A DNA stretch of 64,000 nucleotides from a virus, in the IMG/VR virus record IMGVR_UViG_3300045988_172457, positions 13,245-77,244 of that record. One strand, 5' to 3'. The translations under genes were made by a program, and so were the position numbers. Positions 27,784-38,600 of the stretch are shown here, piece after piece; position 1 is the stretch's first letter, and every line of letters begins with the position of its first letter. The notes beneath the pieces were generated by a model. The model was not told where the DNA came from and did no database searches. It saw nothing but the letters and a program-made list of their open reading frames with translations.

Positions 27784-29539
27784 CAAAGACATCAAAACCG
27801 AACCACGGTTCATGACCATGATTCAGAAAGACCTCCTCCCGACATGCAAGGCGTTGAATCTCGACGTTGACTCATTCGCCAACGCGCGGACAGTGTTCAT
27901 CGACCGTGACAGCGTGGGACGGATTCTCTCCTACATGAGCGACCATGAAATCAACCCCGAATGGTACGGCCTACTGCCTGATAATCTGTTCGTCGGAACC
28001 GGACTGCCAGTCCTCACCGGCGTCGAAGGAGAATACTTCGCCCGTATGACCGGACGGAACCTCACCAAGAAAGTCGCGGCGAAAACATTCATCGCGGATA
28101 TGGAAGCCTACTGGCTGAGCAAAGACAATCTGAAACGGACTGACGGTACGAAAAGCAGCGGAACCACGCTCGGTTTCGGACGTTGCTCCGGAATGCGTGA
28201 GGCCAGCCGATACAACGAACGCATCTTCAAAAACAACGAATACGAGTACACGAACCCCGTGGACGAGTACGGCATCGACACTGTTTCACGTTACCGTCAG
28301 GTTGGTGAAATCTACAATGAGGTCGGCCAATGCTTCAAGGGAATGGCACAGGCGCGTACTCCCCTCGCACCATTCGTCTTCCTCACCCATAAGGAATACG
28401 AGGGCGGACTGGACACGGTTGTGAACCACTGCCCATACATCACCCATTCGGACGCCACCCGCATCATCGACGGAATGAAACAGTTCCCTCCGAAACGAAG
28501 CGTGGACAGGTTCATGCTCGCGTTCACCATGACCGCGTTCGCGTTCGCCATGAATCAGGTCGAGGAATCCGAACAGTACGAGACGGTCGAAGTGAAACCA
28601 CCGAAAACCGAAATCAGACGGCATTCCGGCGCTCCGAAAACCACGTTGCTCATCCATTTGAAACCGGAAGAGCCAGCACCCAAGGCCACGCCATCCTACG
28701 CCAGTGAAACCGACGAATACGATTGGGACAGCATCACCGGACGGGTCGAAACCATCACACCGGACGTTGCCAAGGAAATGCTCGGCGTGAACACCAACAA
28801 CCGCAACGTGAGCCGCACACAGGTCGAACTGTTCGCCCGAACCATGGCGCAGAAGGCTTGGAAAATGAACGGCGAAGCCATCAAATTCAGCAACACGGGA
28901 CGCTTGTTGGACGGACAGCACAGGCTCCTCGCATGCGTCGAATCCGGTGTTCCGTTCCGCACTCTGGTCATTCGCGGACTGCCCGAAGACACGCAGGAGA
29001 CCATGGATGCGGGCAAGGTCCGCACCATGGCTAACGTGCTCGAACTGAAAGGCCGTAACAACGCCAAACAGCTTTCCACCGTGGCCCGTTCCATCTATCT
29101 GAGCGAACAGTTGGGTGTGGAAGCCGCATGCGTCAACAACATGTCACCGACCCGAAATGAACTGCTGACGTTCATCGAAAGCACTCCGCAATTGGAGGAT
29201 ACGCTACGACAGGCCAGCACGTTCTACACGAAAAGCAATCATCTCATGTCCACCAGCATGGCCGCGCTCCTCTACTGGACGTTCAACGAAATCGACGGTG
29301 AGGCGTGCGAACGGTTCTTCGACATGCTCGCCTCCGGCGCTAACCTTGACGAGGGAAGCCCCATTCTCGTACTCCGCAACACGCTGTTCGATATCAATAA
29401 GCGTGGAGCGCACAGCGACCGTCCAACCCGCCGACGCATCGTCGGAATCACCATCAAAGCGTGGAACAAATGGCGTGAGGGAGCGACTGTGAAACTCCTC
29501 AAATTCTCTCCGAACGAACAGTTCCCGGACGCAATCTGA
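27776..29539 (+). CDS. Large protein (587 aa) with a C-terminal DGQHR / ParB-like (DndB-like) domain
   Basis: Motif FSNTGRLLDGQHRLLACVESGVPFRTLVIRGLPED in the C-terminal half. The N-terminal ~330 aa are uncharacterised. Confidence 0.65.
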   Translation: MPNKDIKTEPRFMTMIQKDLLPTCKALNLDVDSFANARTVFIDRDSVGRILSYMSDHEINPEWYGLLPDNLFVGTGLPVLTGVEGEYFARMTGRNLTKKVAAKTFIADMEAYWLSKDNLKRTDGTKSSGTTLGFGRCSGMREASRYNERIFKNNEYEYTNPVDEYGIDTVSRYRQVGEIYNEVGQCFKGMAQARTPLAPFVFLTHKEYEGGLDTVVNHCPYITHSDATRIIDGMKQFPPKRSVDRFMLAFTMTAFAFAMNQVEESEQYETVEVKPPKTEIRRHSGAPKTTLLIHLKPEEPAPKATPSYASETDEYDWDSITGRVETITPDVAKEMLGVNTNNRNVSRTQVELFARTMAQKAWKMNGEAIKFSNTGRLLDGQHRLLACVESGVPFRTLVIRGLPEDTQETMDAGKVRTMANVLELKGRNNAKQLSTVARSIYLSEQLGVEAACVNNMSPTRNELLTFIESTPQLEDTLRQASTFYTKSNHLMSTSMAALLYWTFNEIDGEACERFFDMLASGANLDEGSPILVLRNTLFDINKRGAHSDRPTRRRIVGITIKAWNKWREGATVKLLKFSPNEQFPDAI

Positions 29540-29541
29540 CC

Positions 29542-29940
29542 TTGGAAAGGACGAACAAAAGCATGGTCGAAAAACCGAAAAAACCGAACACATCCCCGGC
29601 GAAGCTTCTGACCGCAGACGAGGCTTTGGCCTTGGGAAGACGGCCGGAAGTCGTCAACGTCTTGAAAAACAAGCACGGATGGTGGGTAATCTTCACCACC
29701 CAATTCCAAGACGAAGTGACCCTCCGATATCTGCAAGGGGAACGTCCCTCGGAGATATTCCGCAGTCACAATCTCGGACCGGAAGTCCTCGGATACAAGC
29801 GCATAGAACGTTGCGTATACCGGTGGGTCAACCATCCCAGCAAATCCCGTGTCAAACGTTGGCAAACGGAACACCGCCTGTATGAGACGTTGAACAAGAA
29901 TCAGACCAACACCGGCAAGAAGGAGAACAACGACAAGTGA
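29542..29940 (+). CDS. Hypothetical basic protein (132 aa), coupled to dnaB. Possible helicase-associated or DNA-binding protein.
   Basis: Its stop overlaps the dnaB GTG start (GTGA). Confidence 0.45.
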   Translation: MERTNKSMVEKPKKPNTSPAKLLTADEALALGRRPEVVNVLKNKHGWWVIFTTQFQDEVTLRYLQGERPSEIFRSHNLGPEVLGYKRIERCVYRWVNHPSKSRVKRWQTEHRLYETLNKNQTNTGKKENNDK

Positions 29941-31277
29941 GCGTCCCCACACCAATCCACAAGGACATGGCCGAGCAAGTATTGTTGGGGGCCATGCTTC
30001 AAGACGCGGAAACGTTGGACAAGGTCATCAGCCAACTTTCCGAAGAGGACTTCTACCAGCCGACCAACCAGACCATCCTCCATAATATAAAGGAACTGGC
30101 CGCAGACAATAACCGTGTGGACGCGCAAATGCTGTCCTCGCACATGATGGACAACGGACAGTTGGAACAGGTCGGCGGCATCGACTACATCGCCCAGCTT
30201 GTCGGCTCCGCGCCCACGTCGAACAACAGTGACTATTTCATCAAGCAGATTCGTGACGCGGCCATCCTCCGCCACATCAACATGGTCGGACAGCAGTTGC
30301 AACAGATGAGCAACGTATCCGACGCGTCAGCCGAAGATGTGCTCAGCAAATCGTTGGAGGCCGCGTTCTCGTTGGAGGATTCAAGCCGTTCCGAAGACGA
30401 CGAGTTGAAGACCGCATACCGCCTGTCCGACGAAATGCTCCAACAGTTGGATGAAATGTCACAGAATCCGAACGAGTTCGGAACACCCACCGGCTTCCGT
30501 GACATCGACGCGTTGACGCACGGATTGCAAGCCGGACAAATGGTCATAGTCGCGGGCCGTCCGGGCATGGGCAAGAGTACTCTCGGCATGGATTTCGCGC
30601 GTAACGCCGCACTGCACAAGGGTCTGCCGACTGTGATTTTCAGTCTGGAAATGGGCGGTCACGAACTCATGCAACGCATGTTCGCAGCCGAAACAGGCAT
30701 CCGTCTCGCATCGTTCCAACATCCCGAGAATCTGAACTCGAATGATTGGAACAAACTCAACGCGCTCTGCCATCAGGTCGAGAAGGCACCATTGTGGGTT
30801 GATGATTCCGCCATCATCAACATGAGCACCATCCGTGCGAAATGCCGTGCTCTCAGCCGCAAGGTCAACGGGTTGAAGCTTATCGTCATCGACTACCTGC
30901 AACTCATGTCCTCCGGTAAAACCGTCGAGAACCGTCAGCAGGAAGTGTCGAACTTCTCCCGCCAATGCAAAATGCTCGCCAAGGAACTGCAATGCCCCGT
31001 GGTCGTGCTCTCCCAGTTGAACCGTAATGCGGAACAGCGTGCCGACAAGAAGCCGGAACTGTCCGACCTGAGAGAGTCCGGTTCCATCGAACAGGACGCC
31101 GACATGGTGTTCCTCGTGCATCGTCCCGAATACTACGACCGTGAGGAACGTCCGGGCGAAGCCGACGTGATTCTCGCCAAGCACCGTAACGGGCCTACCG
31201 AAACGTTCAATCTCGCGTTCATGGGCGAATGCTCCAAATTCGCGGACATGGCCGCAGGTTTCGAAAACGAGTTCTGA
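29937..31277 (+). CDS. dnaB: Replicative DNA helicase DnaB
   Basis: N-terminal DnaB domain (LLGAMLQD...), Walker A GRPGMGKST, and a C-terminal RecA-like domain with the LSDLRESGSIEQDADMV motif. Confidence 0.85.
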   Translation: MSVPTPIHKDMAEQVLLGAMLQDAETLDKVISQLSEEDFYQPTNQTILHNIKELAADNNRVDAQMLSSHMMDNGQLEQVGGIDYIAQLVGSAPTSNNSDYFIKQIRDAAILRHINMVGQQLQQMSNVSDASAEDVLSKSLEAAFSLEDSSRSEDDELKTAYRLSDEMLQQLDEMSQNPNEFGTPTGFRDIDALTHGLQAGQMVIVAGRPGMGKSTLGMDFARNAALHKGLPTVIFSLEMGGHELMQRMFAAETGIRLASFQHPENLNSNDWNKLNALCHQVEKAPLWVDDSAIINMSTIRAKCRALSRKVNGLKLIVIDYLQLMSSGKTVENRQQEVSNFSRQCKMLAKELQCPVVVLSQLNRNAEQRADKKPELSDLRESGSIEQDADMVFLVHRPEYYDREERPGEADVILAKHRNGPTETFNLAFMGECSKFADMAAGFENEF

Positions 31278-31328
31278 AACAAGTTCTGTCATAGTGGGTA
31301 TGCCCACAAAAAAAGAAAGGAAAAGTCA

Positions 31329-32726
31329 ATGCCAACAACATTGATAATCGTCGCGGCAGTGGCGATACTCATCATCCTGCTCGCAACCGCAAGCTACAAG
31401 GTCTGCCCCGCCGACCGGGTAATGGTCATCACCGGGCCGGGTGGACGACGCTTCGTCTCCGGCGGAAGCGCGTTCATCATACCCTTCATCATGCGCGTGG
31501 ACTGGCTCTCCCTCGGAGCGGTGCAGTCGCTCCTGAGAACCGACACGCCGATTCCGACGAAGGACGCAATCCTCATCGACGTGAACGCCGTCGCGAACTT
31601 CCAGATAGCATCCGAGACCATGACCGTGGACGAGAACGGTAAACAGGTGAAGGCGTTGGAGAACGCCGCCAAGAACTATCTGAACCAGTCCAAGGAGCGA
31701 ATGGAGAAGGACGTGACGCAGGTGCTCTTGGGCAAGCTGCGCGAGGTCATCGGCAAGACCGAGTTGAAGGAGCTCATGGAGAACAGGGACACGTTCGCCG
31801 CGACCGTGGCCGAATCCGCCCGCGTGGATATGGAACGGCTTGGCCTTCAATTGACCACGTTCAACATTCAAGACTTCACCGACCGTCAGAACGTCATCGC
31901 CAACATGGGCGCTGAAATGGCCGCCGAAATCAGCCGGAATGCGAAGCTCGCGTCCATCAACGCGGAACAGGATGTGGCCGTCCGTCAGAACCAGCTCGAC
32001 CTGAAACGAGCCGAACTCCAATCCATCTCCGACAAGGCGCAGGCCGAGGCCGACGCGGTGAAGGGCATCACCGCCGCCGAACAGTCCAAAACTCTCAAAG
32101 TCAAGGAGCAAGAGGCTGAAATCGCCGCCGCCGAAAAGAAGGCAGTCCTCGAACAGAAGAACGCCGAAATCGAAGAGCAAAAACTGAACGCGACCATCCG
32201 CAAGAAGGCCGACGCCGACCGTTACGCCGCCGAACAGCAGGCCGACGCGCAAATGTACACAACCCAAAAACACGCCGACGCGGAACTGTACCTACGCCAG
32301 CAGGAGGCTCAGGCCATCCAATCCACAGCCGACGCGGACGCACACGCGACCGAAGTCAAAGGCAAGGCTGAAGGCTCCGCCGCACAGGCCAAGGGCGTGG
32401 GCGAGGCGGAGGCAATCCGCGCCCAAGGCCGAGCCTACAATGCGATGAACAACACGTACATCCTCGCCCAACAGTACATTCAGATTCTCCCCGACATGGT
32501 TCGAGCCGCCGCCGAACCGCTCACCAAGGTTGACCACATCACCATGTACGGCGACGGAAACAGCACGAAGCTCGTGGGCGACACGGTGAACAGTGTGAGC
32601 CAGTTGAGTGAGGGATTGTCGCAATCCTTGGGCATCGATTTGAAAGCCTTGCTGAACAGTATGGTGGCCGGTCATGCCGCCGGTTCCGCATTGAGTGAGA
32701 AAGGTTCCGAACAGTCCGGAAACTAG
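31329..32726 (+). CDS. Flotillin-like SPFH/Band-7 domain protein
   Basis: N-terminal TM, an SPFH core, and long A/E/Q/K-rich coiled-coil repeats typical of bacterial flotillins (FloT/YuaG-like). Confidence 0.8.
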   Translation: MPTTLIIVAAVAILIILLATASYKVCPADRVMVITGPGGRRFVSGGSAFIIPFIMRVDWLSLGAVQSLLRTDTPIPTKDAILIDVNAVANFQIASETMTVDENGKQVKALENAAKNYLNQSKERMEKDVTQVLLGKLREVIGKTELKELMENRDTFAATVAESARVDMERLGLQLTTFNIQDFTDRQNVIANMGAEMAAEISRNAKLASINAEQDVAVRQNQLDLKRAELQSISDKAQAEADAVKGITAAEQSKTLKVKEQEAEIAAAEKKAVLEQKNAEIEEQKLNATIRKKADADRYAAEQQADAQMYTTQKHADAELYLRQQEAQAIQSTADADAHATEVKGKAEGSAAQAKGVGEAEAIRAQGRAYNAMNNTYILAQQYIQILPDMVRAAAEPLTKVDHITMYGDGNSTKLVGDTVNSVSQLSEGLSQSLGIDLKALLNSMVAGHAAGSALSEKGSEQSGN

Positions 32727-32732
32727 CCTGTT

Positions 32733-32780
32733 CAGGGGCATGTTGGAGGGGTATGGGAAGCCATGCCCTCCTTATTTTTA
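32733..32780 (+). terminator. Rho-independent terminator after the flotillin gene
   Basis: GGAGGG-(gtatgggaagccatg)-CCCTCC followed by TTATTTTT. Confidence 0.5.
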
Positions 32781-32906
32781 AGGGCTGAAAGCATTCTTTC
32801 AAGGTTTTTAATGAGGGTGCGTGCGGTATATTAGGAATGCAATCCGATATTGACCCCGTTCGATGAATGAACGTGCGCCGGGTCTAGTAAGGAAAGGAAA
32901 ACAAAG

Positions 32907-34601
32907 GTGAAAACCAAAAACCCGTTGAAGGCAACGGTCGCCACGCTTGTGGCCGGTGCCATGGGTTTGGCTGGAGTCGGCTCCGCCATGGCGGCTGATA
33001 CTCGTGTTGACGCATCCAAGTTTGATGCGGCTGCTCGTCAGACGTTGACCGTCGCTGCTAATGGTGATATTAGCAATCGCACGTTGAAGGCTGTGCCGCT
33101 CGCCTACTATTCGTATGCGCAGACTGATGGTACTAATATTACCGGCTTTGACCTGATTGACGCGGGCAAGGCTTCTGCTATTGCTGACGCATTGACTAAA
33201 GCCAGTATTGACACTAAGTCCAAGAAAGACCAGACTGCCGGATACGACTATAATGCGTCCAATCCGATGGTGTGGGTCGTGCAGAATCTCCTTGATTCCG
33301 AGAACAGTCCGTGGGCTGGCAAGCTTCGTGACTTCATCGACCAGTTGAAGAACGAGGCCGCTGTCATCGGCGACAAGGGCACCGCGTTCGCCAAGGGCGC
33401 CGACGCCAAGCATATGACCGCTTCTGTCCGTCCGGGCGTGTACGCGGTCGTGGACACCACCAAGACCGGTCAGGCGTCCATCGTCATGTTCAACGGCACC
33501 GGCATCGATGGCAAGACCACGTTGAAGAACGGCGCCAAGACCTACACGCTGGGCACCGTGGACTATAAGGTACACGGCACCACCGTCACGAAGAAGATTA
33601 CCGCCGCCGAAAACGGCACCGTCGAAAACAGTGGCGCGACCGCCGAAACCGCTATCGGCAAGAAGGTCAGCTTCGAAATGACCAGCAAAGTGCCGAACTG
33701 GACTGGCTACGACAAGTACTATTACGCCATCAACGATACGTATTCCAAGGGCCTGACTTATGACGCGGCCAAGGACAACATGGTCGTGACCGTGGACGGT
33801 AAGACCCTCATCCGCGACACCGATTACAAGGTCACTACTGAGGATGGCAAGTTCCACATCATCTTCGCTCCGACCACCGGTGACTCCACCACCACATCCG
33901 ACATTGTGGCGATGAAAGCCAAGTTCCCGGTCGATGCCGCCGTTGACGTCAAGTACGGCATGTACGTGAACAAGAACGCCGTCTCCGGAACCGCCGACGC
34001 CAACACCAACGAGGTCGAATACTCGCATAATCCGAACACCGTCACCGACCATGAGACCACCCCGGGCCAGACCGACAAGGTGTACGTCGGCAAGTTCACC
34101 CTCACCAAGCACGACACGAACAACGCTCCGCTCGCCGGAGCCGAGTTCAAGGTGTACGAGGGCGACCAGACCACCACCCCGGTCAGGTTCGTCAAGTCCT
34201 CCGACGGCCTGACCTACCGCAAGGCCGACCTGACCGAGAGCACCGGCACCACCGACACCGTCACCAGCGTCGCTACTAGCAATGGCGTGCTCACGCTGAC
34301 CGGCCTCGACGGCAAGTACACGGTCAAGGAGACAAAGAGTCCGTTCAACGGCTCCATCCTGCCGCAGTTCACCCTGACCATCAAGGTGAACCAGTCGAAC
34401 GGCTCCTACATGCTCAGCCAGTTCGATAAGGACGCCAACAATCTGGCTTCCGAGAACGTTGACAAGATGGGTGTGACCGTCATCAACGCCCGCAACATCG
34501 CTGACATGCCGAAGACCGGTGCGGTCTGGCTGTCCATCTTCGGCGTGATGACCGTCCTGTTGGCTGGCGCTTCCGCCCTGCTGCTTCGTCGCAAGGCGTG
34601 A
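32907..34601 (+). CDS. Sortase-dependent major pilin (isopeptide-forming fimbrial subunit) with an MPKTG sorting signal
   Basis: Signal peptide, E-box-like GKYTVKETKSPFNG, and C-terminal ...DMPKTG + TM + RRKA. GTG start with a strong RBS. Confidence 0.8.
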   Translation: MKTKNPLKATVATLVAGAMGLAGVGSAMAADTRVDASKFDAAARQTLTVAANGDISNRTLKAVPLAYYSYAQTDGTNITGFDLIDAGKASAIADALTKASIDTKSKKDQTAGYDYNASNPMVWVVQNLLDSENSPWAGKLRDFIDQLKNEAAVIGDKGTAFAKGADAKHMTASVRPGVYAVVDTTKTGQASIVMFNGTGIDGKTTLKNGAKTYTLGTVDYKVHGTTVTKKITAAENGTVENSGATAETAIGKKVSFEMTSKVPNWTGYDKYYYAINDTYSKGLTYDAAKDNMVVTVDGKTLIRDTDYKVTTEDGKFHIIFAPTTGDSTTTSDIVAMKAKFPVDAAVDVKYGMYVNKNAVSGTADANTNEVEYSHNPNTVTDHETTPGQTDKVYVGKFTLTKHDTNNAPLAGAEFKVYEGDQTTTPVRFVKSSDGLTYRKADLTESTGTTDTVTSVATSNGVLTLTGLDGKYTVKETKSPFNGSILPQFTLTIKVNQSNGSYMLSQFDKDANNLASENVDKMGVTVINARNIADMPKTGAVWLSIFGVMTVLLAGASALLLRRKA

Positions 34602-34736
34602 GATTGGAAGATTGGAATACTGCCGTATGAGAAAACTTTTCTGACCGTTTGACGGTTGGAAAAGCATGAAATGTTCCGCTTGGCGTGTCGGGAACCCAAA
34701 TATCGACACGCCACCTTTTAGATTCTTTATAACCGC

Positions 34737-35642
34737 ATGGGAGGGGTTTTGGGAAAACATACGGCGAAACCGAAAGGCTTGGGAAATCGAGCCATAGCGG
34801 GACTTCTCTGCCTAATCCTATCCGCCCTGTCCGGAACCATCCCATTCATTCTCATGATTTCGAACAGCAGCCAATCCAACCGGTTGACCGACTCCCACGC
34901 GCAAGCCGTGGAAAACACTGACGTGAAACGAATCGCCCAAGAGTATGCGGACGCGCAAGCCTACAATCAACGCCTATACGAGGAAGGCCAGCCCATTCTT
35001 GGTGAGGCGGAAGACCCTTGGACAGGCGTCAACAAGTCCGAAACGGACAACACGTATCGGAAGCAACTATCCACCCCCAAGGATGGGGTCATGGCCACCA
35101 TCAAATATCCACGCTTGGGCATCAACCTGCCCATCCGGCATGGCACGTCGCAAAACGTGTTGGCCGCTGGAGCCGGACACTTATATGGTTCCAGTCTCCC
35201 CGTCGGCGGCAAGAACACGCATACTGTCATATCCGCGCACACGGGTTTGGCAGACCAGCTCATGTTCGACAAGCTACGAGGCTTCGGCAGTGAAGCCAAA
35301 AAAAGTGACGTCTTCTATCTGATAACCGCCGGACATACGCTCGCCTACAAGGTCACAAGCATTGATGTGGTAGACCCATCCGATTTCACCAAACTGAAAA
35401 TCGTCGCCGGAAAAGACCTCGCCACACTCCTAACCTGCACGCCATACGGCATCAACAACAAGCGACTCCTAGTGACCGGCACGCGCACCAGCATGCCGCA
35501 CCCCGCACCCAGACCCGAAAACGCGCCGAAAGACCACACGAACCAATGGCTCATACTGTACGTCGGCGGCTTCTGGCTTGCGGTAATCATCATCACCATT
35601 CTCATCATCCGTAGAAAAAACCACGCAAAGAAGGAACACTAA
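34737..35642 (+). CDS. srtC: Class C (pilus-specific) sortase
   Basis: TLLTCTPYG catalytic-Cys motif, N- and C-terminal TM segments, and position between the pilin and tip protein genes. Confidence 0.8.
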   Translation: MGGVLGKHTAKPKGLGNRAIAGLLCLILSALSGTIPFILMISNSSQSNRLTDSHAQAVENTDVKRIAQEYADAQAYNQRLYEEGQPILGEAEDPWTGVNKSETDNTYRKQLSTPKDGVMATIKYPRLGINLPIRHGTSQNVLAAGAGHLYGSSLPVGGKNTHTVISAHTGLADQLMFDKLRGFGSEAKKSDVFYLITAGHTLAYKVTSIDVVDPSDFTKLKIVAGKDLATLLTCTPYGINNKRLLVTGTRTSMPHPAPRPENAPKDHTNQWLILYVGGFWLAVIIITILIIRRKNHAKKEH

Positions 35643-38600
35643 TGGGTATTCTCAAAAAGCATGTGGCACATCCGGTAGCATTATTGGCCGCAATCGCCAC
35701 ACTGTCATCCGGCCTGATATGCATGACCAATCCGGTAGCCTCTCCGAAAGCGCATGCGGACGAGTTGAAACCCGCATATGCTACTGCGAAAATCGTTAAG
35801 AAAGCCGACGGTACGGGGCATGGCACGAGTTCGCAAACGTTCGTGAATTCGAAGAACGGGTTCGCCACGGGCGATGATTCCCCTACCGATGGCGTGGTCG
35901 CATCCGGTGATACGGTCGAATATTCTCTCACGTTGAACTTCAACGCGGCGGGCAAGCGTACCATCAACGTGAAGTTCGACTTGGATGACGCGCCGTATTT
36001 GCAGACTGCTGACGGTGGTGGCTTCTGCCAGCCGGGACAACTCGTCACCGCGAAGAAAAACAGTGACGGCTCCTGCTCCTACACGGTTCCAGCCGGTGGC
36101 GTGGAAACCATGACCCAAACCTTCTATCTGAAAGCAAAAGACACGGGAGGCTTGGTCAAGCCGGGTCAGATTCCGAAAATCGTCGTCGCCCGCGAAGGTG
36201 GAACGTCAACCACGTATCGTACGGATGAGCTGACTGTAGTATCCGCTCCGGCGGCTGACTTGGTCATTGACAATGGCGGCAATCCGGTGAAAGGCCAATA
36301 CTCGTATGAGCATCGTACTTATTGGAGTCAGAACACCGATGCGACCGGTGATTTCACTATTCGTACCGACGCGTTGACCTATCCGGGTTATTCGTCCACG
36401 AAGGGCGCGTCCACCAGCATCGATTGGACTACCAAAGTGGATATTTCCGACTTCCCGCAGGGCACCGTGTGGACTGTAGGCGGTCAGCGGATTACCCGTA
36501 ACAGTGATAAAGAACAGTATTTGACCGTATCCAGTGGCAAAAACGGTACGGCGGCGACAATCAGCTACAGGATTCCCGCCGGAACCGACGCGCTCAAAAA
36601 CATGAAAGAAGGAGACGTCAAATATTACGATGTCCACCTTGTTCCCGACGAAACCGTGTTCAGCGTCAAAGACGATAACGGCAACGCACTGTTGAACATG
36701 GGCAAGGGCGGCGAACCCGGCTGGAACATTGGACGGGACAAGAGCACCTACAACAAGGATACGGGTGCCCGCGTCGGCTACCCGTACGCGAACAATGACT
36801 GGTCACGAGCCATCATCCAACGGCTCAAGCCGACTCCAGCTGGCAAGATTCCACTGTTCGGCAAAGGACTGCAACGTCCTAACACTGCGTCCAAGACCAT
36901 GTTCGACAAGGAGAATCTGACGTTCGACGCCGCCGAAGGCAAAGCCGACATCTACCATTACTATTCCGACGGTTCCGGCGACACCGTGTCCCGTGGAACG
37001 CAAGTCAAAACCATTTTGGAAATGTATGCGGCGAACGTTACTGCGGACAAGCTTAAAAACACTACGCCGACCATGCAGGATGAGTGGGATAATACGCGCA
37101 TGCGGTGGGATGGAAGCTTGGAAGTCACCCAGAACGGTGCTCCGGTTTCCGACTACAAAGTTCAATGGGCTGATAGCAAAGACAATTGGCATGACGGGGA
37201 ACCATCCGACACGGACGCTCCGAACGTCAAGAAGATTCGGGTGACGTTCAACCCCGACACGTTGACTTTAGGAAAGGGTGCGCCGAACGTTCAGGTCACG
37301 TTCAACACGCTCGCCATAGCCGACGTGTCCAAAGGCAATGTGGAAGCTTTGGATACGCTGACCGCATGGCTTACCGAAGACGATAAGGCGAGCGTCACCA
37401 ATTGGGTGTGGATTGCCAAGCCGGTAGACCCGACCACCAGTATCGACATCAGTCTGAAAGCCTACGATGGTGAAGGCAATCAAGTGTATGCGAACAACAG
37501 TTCCAATCACCCGTCCGGAAGCGCAGTCGATTTGACTCCCGGCATGCGAGTGGATTATACGGTCACGGAACAGTTGCGCACCATTCTCCTGTCCAATACA
37601 AGCATGACGCCGACCATCACGGTGCCGAAACCGAAAGGCTTGTACAATCCGACCTGTGATGATTCGTTCTGGCAGATGAAAGTGGACGGGAATAATCTCG
37701 TGTTCACGCCACGTTCTGGCAAAGTCACGCCGGAAGTAGACCGTATGGGGTCGGCCACTTTGCCTGACCTGCATTTCAGTGGCATCGTATCCAATCTCGC
37801 CACCGGGACTGTGACCGCCAGTGCGAATATGAGCGTGGACGTTGACGAGAACGGCGCATTGCAAGCCCAAACCATCAAAAGCAATACGCCCAGCGTCCCA
37901 TTCCCCGTCTCCAATGCGGAAACCAACAGTGGCATCATGCGTGTGAAGACCACGAAGGCTGAAATCGGTGACCCGCTTACTTGGGAGTTCAACGTGTACG
38001 GCAAGGGCGGCGGTCACACCGGCACCATGGATAGCATGCTACTGCTTCCTGCGAATGGTGATGAGAAGTACGTGCAGGACAAGCTGGTCGAATATGAGCG
38101 TGGATACAGCAACTATCATGGCTCCTACGAACTGACCCAGCCCATCACGGTCAATATGGACAATTCGACCAGTACGACCGTCTACTATTCAACCACCACC
38201 GGAAAGAAGTCGGATAATCCGGCTGACTACGAGTGGAAGACATGGGACAAGTTGACGGATTCGGACAAGAAGAACATCACCGCCATCCGACTGACCAGCA
38301 CAGTCGTCGCATCCGACGAAAAACTATCCTATTCCGCAGTGAACGGCACCATCACGCTCAACCCGTCCGACAATGTGAAAGACGACAAGTACACGCTATG
38401 GTTGGGCCGCAACTATTATTCCGACACGGCAGGCAAGCCAGCAGGCAACCAGCCATGGCCTGACGTGGCGAACGTCGTCGTCGGTAGCATTTCCGGTACC
38501 GTCTGGTGGGATAAGGATGAGAACACGCTCATCGGAGATGGTGAGGAACGTATCGAAGGCGTGGAAGTCATCCTCAGCAAGCAGGATGCGAATGGTGCTT

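Noticed and set aside
28286-28921. Antisense ORFs within the DGQHR-protein, DnaB and flotillin genes (28286-28921, 30459-31307, 31326-32273)
   Set aside because: They overlap strongly supported plus-strand genes. They have no independent signals.
32808-34760. 650-aa minus-strand ORF antisense to the pilin gene, and 40028-41149 antisense to the tip-protein gene
   Set aside because: These are shadow ORFs of high-GC coding DNA with a low-complexity G/V/D/R composition. The plus-strand genes carry clear pilin and sortase-signal features.
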